From Eledone cirrhosa (taxonomy: Eukaryota), in contig OZ024743.1 in assembly GCA_964016885.1 (NCBI GenBank), positions 78,864,001-78,928,000 of the forward strand: 64,000 nucleotides of DNA, in the 5' to 3' direction. A model generated the notes under the pieces. That model searched no databases. It was not told the DNA's origin and was given only the letters and a program-made list of their open reading frames with translations. This document shows, piece after piece, positions 54,956 through 64,000 of this stretch; position 1 is the stretch's first letter; every line of letters begins with the position of its first letter. The translations under genes were made by a program, and so were the position numbers.

Positions 54956-56139
54956 ATCCTTTTCTATCGTTTGTTTCCTAATGATGGATTAAAATTATGG
55001 AATTATGGTAGTTAAACCCCAATTGAGGCCAGTAGGAAATACAGCGCCTATGACTGGTTTCGTGGGTATAAAAGTATCCTCAAACCGGAGACCCGAATGC
55101 CAACAACGACCCCACTAAAGAGAGCCAAGAGTCAGGCAATGGTGTTATACGGGGTGATAGATTAAGTTGATGCCCGTCTACCCCCATCCCAGATGGGGGT
55201 AGACGGGCATCAACGTGCTTTTGAAATGAAACTCTTAACCACACAGGTTTGCCGACACTATACCACAGTATATGTCTGGTATTTCTTTCACGGTCCCTCA
55301 GGAGAACGACAGATAAAACTCTACCGTTGAGAAATGAACTCATTATACAAAGTTTCGTAGTTAAATATTACACAGCACTGTTTCTATAATTTATTGATTT
55401 CGTCAGATCGATATTTCTTTATTGATGTTATATTAGTTTGATATATTAGACCATCTTATCGATAACTTGAAACTTCATACTTTCATCTTGAATAACTTTA
55501 AAGATCAATATGTTTGTTTTTTTGTTAGTTCAATAAAATATTTCAAACTTGATATTTGATAAATTGTATTAATGAAAAGACGAAGTTGTTATATTAAATA
55601 ACTAGTAGCCATACCCGGTGTTGACTGTATTTGATAATACCTGTAATAAATACATTTACATGTATTTGACGACGAATCAATTTTATTCAACAAATTCCAA
55701 TTAAATTACCTAAAGTTTCTAATAAAAACTAAACTATAATGAAAGTAAGGGGAAGGGGAGGGAGCGACAGACTTTACCCCCATTCTAGGCGGTATATATT
55801 AGCTTCACCCAAGGGACAAAATGCCGAAGGCTTTGCCGTTGAGAACGACCGGCGGCACACGTTGCATCAGCCATTACACTTCACGGGGATTCTTCCTCAG
55901 TCAGGATGTATTTCCAATCAATTTTGCCGAAGAAAATGGAAGTTCGTGGACCGAAGACTAAAGATTTTGGCTGGTCAAGTTCCAATATTTCATAGTCTTT
56001 CTCTCCTCCACGTTTCAGGCGGCATTGGTGGGGAACATCTCGCAGCATATGACCTCCCAGATCAGAGATTTACTCAAATCAAATAGGAAAAAGGGTTATC
56101 CTGTTTGGGGGATTACCATCACTCCGATCGAGGCAAGCA

Positions 56140-56389
56140 CCCTCCAGTTGTGACGAGAAATCGACCGCCTCCAGTTGTGACGAGAAATCGACCGCCTCCA
56201 GTTGTGACGAGAAATCGACCGCCTCCAGTTGTGACGGTAAATCGACCGCCTCCAGTTGTGGCGGGAAATCGACCGCCTCCAGTTGTGACGGTAAATCGAC
56301 CGCCTCCAGTTGTGGCGGGAAATCGACCGCCTCCAGTTGTGACGGGAAATCGACCGCCTCCAGTTGTGATGGGAAATCGACCGCCTCCA
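56140..56389. repeat. 27-bp GC-rich minisatellite, ~9 copies
   Basis: Unit gaaatcgaccgcctccagttgtgacga, varying only in a few adjacent positions. Confidence 0.92.
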
Positions 56390-56645
56390 GGTTTCTTCTG
56401 ATGACGTCTTTCAAAGCTGTCGGCCAAAGGAACCGATCATAACTTCGGAATTCCTTGTCTTTTGGATAATTGCTGTTAAATGTTGCTGACATTCCTTTGA
56501 ACTGGAAATGGTGACTCACTGAAGCTATATCAAGTCGTTTAAAACATGGCTCAAGTCTAGTATCATGCTAACATTAAACCAAAGCTGAAATTTTATTTTA
56601 ATTTTTACTACATTTTACTATATTTTCTCAGAATTCCCCCTCCTC

Positions 56646-57935
<1,290 letters not shown>

Positions 57936-58082
57936 AAAGTCTGGAATTAAAAAAGAATACATTTTCCTACAAAACATGTACAAAAGATGTAACCCAGTGA
58001 AAAATTGTGGTTTACAATTTAGAACACACATACACATACATACATACATACACATACCTGCATACATACATACATACATACA

Positions 58083-58116
<34 letters not shown>

Positions 58117-58211
58117 CATACATACATACATACATACATACATACATACATACATACATACATACATACACACATACATACATACATACATACACACATA
58201 CATACATACAT

Positions 58212-58520
58212 ATGAGAAGCTGGGCTTCACAGGAACAGAAAGAACACAACTAGTTAGGAGTACAATCTATGAATGGAACAGCAAAAATATATAAAACATT
58301 CCACAAATTCTGCATCTGATAACTGCATATACACATGCACACATATAACTAAAAACATCCACATGCACACATACAATAACATCCATATCTACACATGCAG
58401 ATATATATACATATCTACCTAGTTGATGTTGTGTAAATTCCAGTGAGAGAGTCTTGTATCTATGTTAGAAACCGACTCTCCATTGGGAAAAAAATTGTGA
58501 AATTATAAAACCAGAAGAAT
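58212..58520 (+). mobile_element. R4/Dong-clade 3' end in (CATA)n
   Basis: Matches 63318-63661. Confidence 0.85.
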
Positions 58521-58550
58521 ACACACACACGCATGCATACATACTTACAT

Positions 58551-59245
58551 GGTGGCTGCCAACTCGTTTTCGAGTACGGCCACTACTTTATATGTAGGAG
58601 AACCCCTACCGATGCGCCGAACGAGTGTGAATTTTTAGTCCAGCCAGCGACTTGAAAACTATGGTACAAACACTACAATTGTGACAATTATTGACACATA
58701 GTGCTCGGCCCATGGTACCTTGTGACGACAAGTGCAGAGAGATCTCTAGATATAAAGCAATGCCTGTGCCGTGAAGCTTTTATAGTGAGCAAAGGCACTG
58801 CACAAAGCCAGTCCTACTCTCTTAACATACATACATACATACATACATACATACATACATACATACATACATACATACATACATACATACATACATACAT
58901 ACGTACGTACATACATACATATATACATGGTGGTTGCCAACTCGTTTTCGAGTACGGCCACTACTTCATATCCATGTAGGAGAACCCCTACTGATGCGCT
59001 GAACGGGTGTGACTTTTTAGTCCAGCCAGCAATTTGAAAACTCTGGTACAAACACTACACCTGTGACAATTATTGACACATAGTGCCAGGCCCATGGTAC
59101 CATGTGACGACAAGTTCAGAGAGATCTCCAGATATAAAGCAATGCCTGTGCCTTGAAGCTTTTATAGTGAGCAAAGGCACTGCACAAAGCCAGTCCCACT
59201 CTCTTAACTAAGATGATATTTACCAAAATGAAGAACAGGTCAACA
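58551..59245 (+). repeat. Two tandem copies (58551-58825, 58929-59245) of a structured module in (CATA)n; third copy 63672-64000
   Basis: All three begin at the same base (acat|GGTGGCTGCCAACTCG) directly after CATA repeats. Confidence 0.85.
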
Positions 59246-59257
59246 TATATACATACA

Positions 59258-59289
<32 letters not shown>

Positions 59290-59877
59290 ATGGTGACCGT
59301 TGTGGTCAGTGTCCGATAATCGGACGTGTGTAATTACAGCTTACATGAAGGCAACATACCATATATTGGAAAAAGTTGAGCTACATTACGCGGTATGATT
59401 ACATACAATAATTCTACATAAGTGTTTGAACTGTATGTGTGTTGTAAAACACCTATTTATATGAACGATACATACACTTATGATATATGAACGATACATA
59501 TACTTTAACATATAAATGCAACGTTGTTATATTACATTTATAAAGAAATATACAAGTAACGTTTTCGATTCAGAAACAAAAACATAAGTGTTTGAACTGT
59601 GAATATGTTGTGAATAAGTTGTAGAACACCTATTTATGTGAATGATACATAAACTTTAACATATAAATACAGCGTTGTTATATTATATTACATTCATAAA
59701 GAAATATACTAAGTAATGGTTCTTTTTGTTCTCGATTCAAACGATTCAAGAACAACGTTTAAAATACAGTTGTAGAATTAAAAACTAACTGAAAAGAAAT
59801 ATTACCCAAGCTGTGAATAACTTTAAATTTGATTCTGACAGAACTTTGTCGAAACTTTTAAAGAAGATCATCAAACT

Positions 59878-62820
59878 ATTTGGTCGAAGGAGACTTGTAC
59901 TTTTTGCCATCATCATGGCAAAAAGTACAAGTCTCCTTCGACCAAATCGCAACTACAACCGTTGTATACAATGGAGCTACGAGCTTAACAAAGTATTATA
60001 TGAAGCATACAAACAATCTGAACCCCAAAAGTTCAGTTTTATGCAAAGGCTAAAAACTTTATGGAACTCCAAACACCCAGAATTAGACTTTTCTCCAAAG
60101 CATTTAAATGAACAGGTAAAACGTATCATTAGATGTAACTTGATACATCTAACGGAATTGAGTGATGCTACCAATACAGCCCTTGTAGACAACCATCCCA
60201 CCTCCACTGAAAGACTAAAATATAAGTCAACAGCACATAAACGACAAGTGCTAAATAGATTGTTTGCCAGAGATCCTAAATAAGTTTATCGCAGCTTCGG
60301 TGGCAAAAGCTCAATCTCTGTAAACGACACCCCTTCAAAAGAACAGGTTGAGAGCTACTGGAGAAACGGATGGGAAACGGATGACGGATTCAACAGACAA
60401 GCTAATTGGCTAAAAGAACTGGAACAGGACTACTGCCAACATGTCCAGATAAAATAATATGACATAAATGGGTCAATACTGGAAACAGCTCTACAGAAAA
60501 TGTCGAATAGGAAATCGCCAGGCCCAGACCTCATTACAGGATACTGGTTGAAGAATTTCACTTTCTATCGACAAGATCTTATACGGCTGTTTACAGAAAC
60601 CATTAAAGGCACACAAGAACTGCCCAGATGGTTATCAACTGCCACTACTCTCCTCATTCCCCAAAATAGCCAAACCACCCTTGCTAAAAATTACCGCCCA
60701 ATAGCCTGCCAAAACATCATGTATAAATTATATACTGGGTGCCTTAACCTGTTCTTACAGGATCACTGTGCTACCAACAACATCATAACACCTGAGCAAG
60801 CTGGTGGAAAGAGGGAGGTGTGGGGTTGCATAGATCACCTACTAACCAACAAAATGATTCAGGAAAAAACAACGAAGAATCGCATAAACATGACTGTGGT
60901 GTGGCTGGACTATCAAAAAGCATTTGATAGTGTACCTCATGGGTGGATTATTAAGGCTTTACAGTTAGCTAAAGTCCCACAACCATTTGTAGCTGCTGTT
61001 GAACGCCTGACCAAGAACTGGTACACCAATTTGATCCTTAGAGGTGAGAAGGAGCAAGTTAAGACTGATAAGATACATTACCAGAAGGGCATCTTTCAGG
61101 GTGATAGCTTGTCAGTACTACTCTTCGTTCTCTCACTGAATCCACTATCTTACCTACTCAGGAAACAAGGTGGACAAAGAAGTGGGCCCAGAAGTATCTC
61201 CCATCTTTTCTTTGTTGATGACCTGAAGTTGTATGGGCCAAATATCAATGACATCAAGAAACAATTGGACCTCATTACACAATTTTCAACCGACATCAAA
61301 ATGAAATTTGGTGAGTCCAAGTGTGCATATTTGGCAGTAAAACGTGGAAGAGTTGTGCCCTCCTCTAGAAATCTAGGGATGAACGGCCTGACAATACAAC
61401 CTCTGCAGTCAGGTGACAACTACAGATATCTTGGACAGGATGAGAATGTCAGATATGATGGACCCATAAATAAGGAGAGAACCAGAACTGAATACCTCAG
61501 AAGAGTAAAGAAAATATGGTCATCAGAACTGTCAGCATACAACAAATACATTGCCCACAATACTTATGCTGTGCTATTTCTAACGCCACCATTTGGCCTG
61601 CTGAACTGGTCATTGCAAGAACTAAGTGAGATGGATGTTAGAACTCGAAAACTTCTCAGTGTTACTGGGAACTTTAACATCAATGGTGATGTGGATAGGC
61701 TATACTTCTCACGCAAGGAAGGTGGCCGGGGTCTAAAATCAATATTAACAACATATGAGACCCGGATAGTAACACTGAAGCAACACCTTCAACAGAGGAA
61801 AAAGGTTGGCAACCATCTTGCCCAGGTTTATGAGCATGAAAAAAAAATATCATTAGAATAGCGACTGATCTGGAGGAGAGATATGGAATAAAGCCTGATA
61901 TAAATCTCTCACCCAGAGAAATCGGAAGATCCTATTCAATGTTCAGACAAGATTAAAAAAATTGACCAATTTACAGAAAAAGTTGTGCATGGATACTTGA
62001 GGCGTAAAACACAGACCATAGAGGGGATAAACACTCAGAAAGCCTGGCATGGAGTTCCGACAAGTTTATGACATCACACCTTGAGGGATATCTCTATGCA
62101 ATACAAGAACAAGAACTCCCTACCAAATATCTGCTGCACAAAAGAGGAGGGACAGCAGCTGACAATAAATGTAGGCTATGTAAAACAAAGATCGAGGATG
62201 TAAGCCACATTGTTGCCAGCTGCGAAAGAATGTCATCTCGCTACTACCTCCCCATGAGACACGATGGGATAGCTAGAACCATCTGGAACGAACTTCGGAA
62301 AACAAAATTAACAAACGTGGAAGAATATATTGAGACAGATGGCACTAAGGAATACTGGTGGAACCTGAAAATAAAAACTGCCACCAAATTAAAGCACAAC
62401 CGGCCTGATATTGTTGTTTGGGACCACACATTGAAAACGTGTTCTGTTGTGGAGATCAGCTGCCCACTTGATGTAAACGTTGTCAGAAAAATAGAGGAGA
62501 AGGAGGACATCTACGGACCATTGATGAGGAGTTTACAAATCCAGTATCCAAGATACACCTTTAGCTTCATACCTATCATTATTGGAGTTACGGGTTATAT
62601 ACGAACCCGCTTAGACCAAAGTATGACTGAACTTGGATTTGCGGACAAAAAGCGCAGCTCCCCAATTCATAGTCTACAAATGGTTGCGATAGCTGGCACC
62701 TTCAAAATTTGCAAAACATTCTTGCGATTCAAGGGATGACAATTTCTTTTTTTTTACAACCTTGCCACCAGGAAGGTGGCCGGTCAAAAAAATATACTCG
62801 AAATTAAGAGAAAGAGATAA
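59878..62820 (+). mobile_element. R4/Dong-clade non-LTR retrotransposon (Myb-like N-terminus, RT, CCHC knuckle, restriction-like endonuclease)
   Basis: KSPGPD, NYRPIAC, WLDYQKAFDSVPH, GIFQGDSLS, FVDDLKLY and GGRGL; CRLC..HIVASC, RHD and RPDIVVWD..EISCP. Ends in CATA repeats and has stops and frameshifts. Confidence 0.9.
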
Positions 62821-62852
62821 CATACAAACATACATACATACATACATACATA

Positions 62853-63661
62853 GAACTAACATCGAGCATATCACCCATGTCATCAGCAGCTGTCCAAAGA
62901 TGTCATCGCGGTACTATCTACCTATGAGGCATGACGTAGTGGCCAAAACACTGTACAATGCAGTTCGTAAAAAAGATAGCCCCGATAATAAACACATTAA
63001 AAGCTACAACAATGTGGAAGACATCCATGTACATAATATGAAAGAGTACTGGTGGAATGTTCCAGTAACAAACCCAATAAAATGCAGGCATAACAGACCA
63101 GATATTATGATATGGGACAGGGAGAAGAAAACATGCACAGTAGTGGAAATTAGCTTCCCAGCAGATGCCAATATAATATCAAAGATTAGTGAAAAGGAGA
63201 ATATTTATGCAGAACTGATGAGAAACTCCAGATACTCCACCCTGATTACACCTTCAGATTTATGCCTGTGATTATTGGGGCACTGGGGTATGTTAGTAAC
63301 TTTCTCAATACAAATCTTGAGAAGCTAGGCTTCACAGGAACAGAAAGAACACAACTAGTTAGGAAATTACAAGTACAATCCATTAATGGAACAGTAAAAA
63401 TATGTAAAACATTCCAAAAATTTTGCATCTAATAACTGCATATACACATGTACAGATACAAAGCATATAGACATGCACACATACAACTCAAAACATCCAC
63501 ATCCACACATACAATAACATCCATATCTACACATGCATGCATACATACATATCTACCTAGTTGATGTTGTGTAAATTCCAATGAGAGATCTTGTGTCTAT
63601 GTTAGAAACCGACTCTCTCTCTCTATTGGTAAAACTTTGTGAAATTATAAAACCAGAAGAA
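62853..63661 (+). mobile_element. Second R4/Dong family: 3' fragment (endonuclease + 3' UTR)
   Basis: HVISSC..RHD..RPDIMIWD..EISFP, flanked by (CATA)n. Confidence 0.88.
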
Positions 63662-64000
63662 CATACATACATGGTTGCTGCCAACTCGTTTTCGAGTACG
63701 GCCACTACTTTATATCCATGTAGGAGAACCCCTACCGATGCCCTGAACGAGTGTGACTTTTCAGTCCAGCCAGCAACTTGAAAACTCTGGTACAAACACT
63801 ATACTTGTGAGAATTATTGACACATAGTGCTCGGCCCATGGTACCATGTGACGACAAGTGCAGAGAGATCTCCAGATATAAAGCAATGCCTGTGTCGTGA
63901 AGCTTTTATAGTGAGCAAAGGCACTGCACAAAGCCAGTCCTACTCTCTCAACAAAGATGATATTTACCAAAAAGAACAAGTCAACATCATTGGATACCAT

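Noticed and set aside
56140-56389. CRISPR-like regular repeat
   Set aside because: There are no unique spacers and no cas genes, and the context is eukaryotic. It is a minisatellite.
59290-59400. HDV-like fold at a possible 5' end of the long R4/Dong element
   Set aside because: Some hairpins are present, but P1 and P3 could not be assigned and there is only one copy.

Overview
AT-rich animal DNA full of microsatellites, probably an octopod cephalopod judging by the SINE family and repeat landscape (inference). The only host gene I can support is the 3' part of a trypsin-like S1A serine protease on the + strand, with four exons at 4211-4344, 5543-5695, 16675-16835 and 28721-28876. Its introns and downstream flank are packed with transposons: Tx1/L1, three Penelope-like elements with the Naiad-type CxCx5C GIY-YIG motif, a Helitron, RTE, CR1-group and Vingi-like fragments, R4/Dong elements in (CATA)n, MITEs, a probable solo LTR and many tRNA-derived SINEs. 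The most striking unexplained signal is a very dense set of type I hammerhead ribozyme motifs. I read more than 20 complete or near-complete copies from about 15 sequence-distinct families by eye. Most lie in non-coding 0.3-1.2 kb elements embedded in (TA)n that are palindromic, tandem or circularly permuted, with unit lengths of about 470-590 nt. This is consistent with retrozyme-like or non-autonomous Penelope elements using self-cleaved, possibly circular, RNA intermediates. One family carries a compensatory U3-A8 core. A pseudoknotted, possibly HDV-like 5' module recurs next to the R4/Dong elements. All structures were paired by eye, and element boundaries are approximate.
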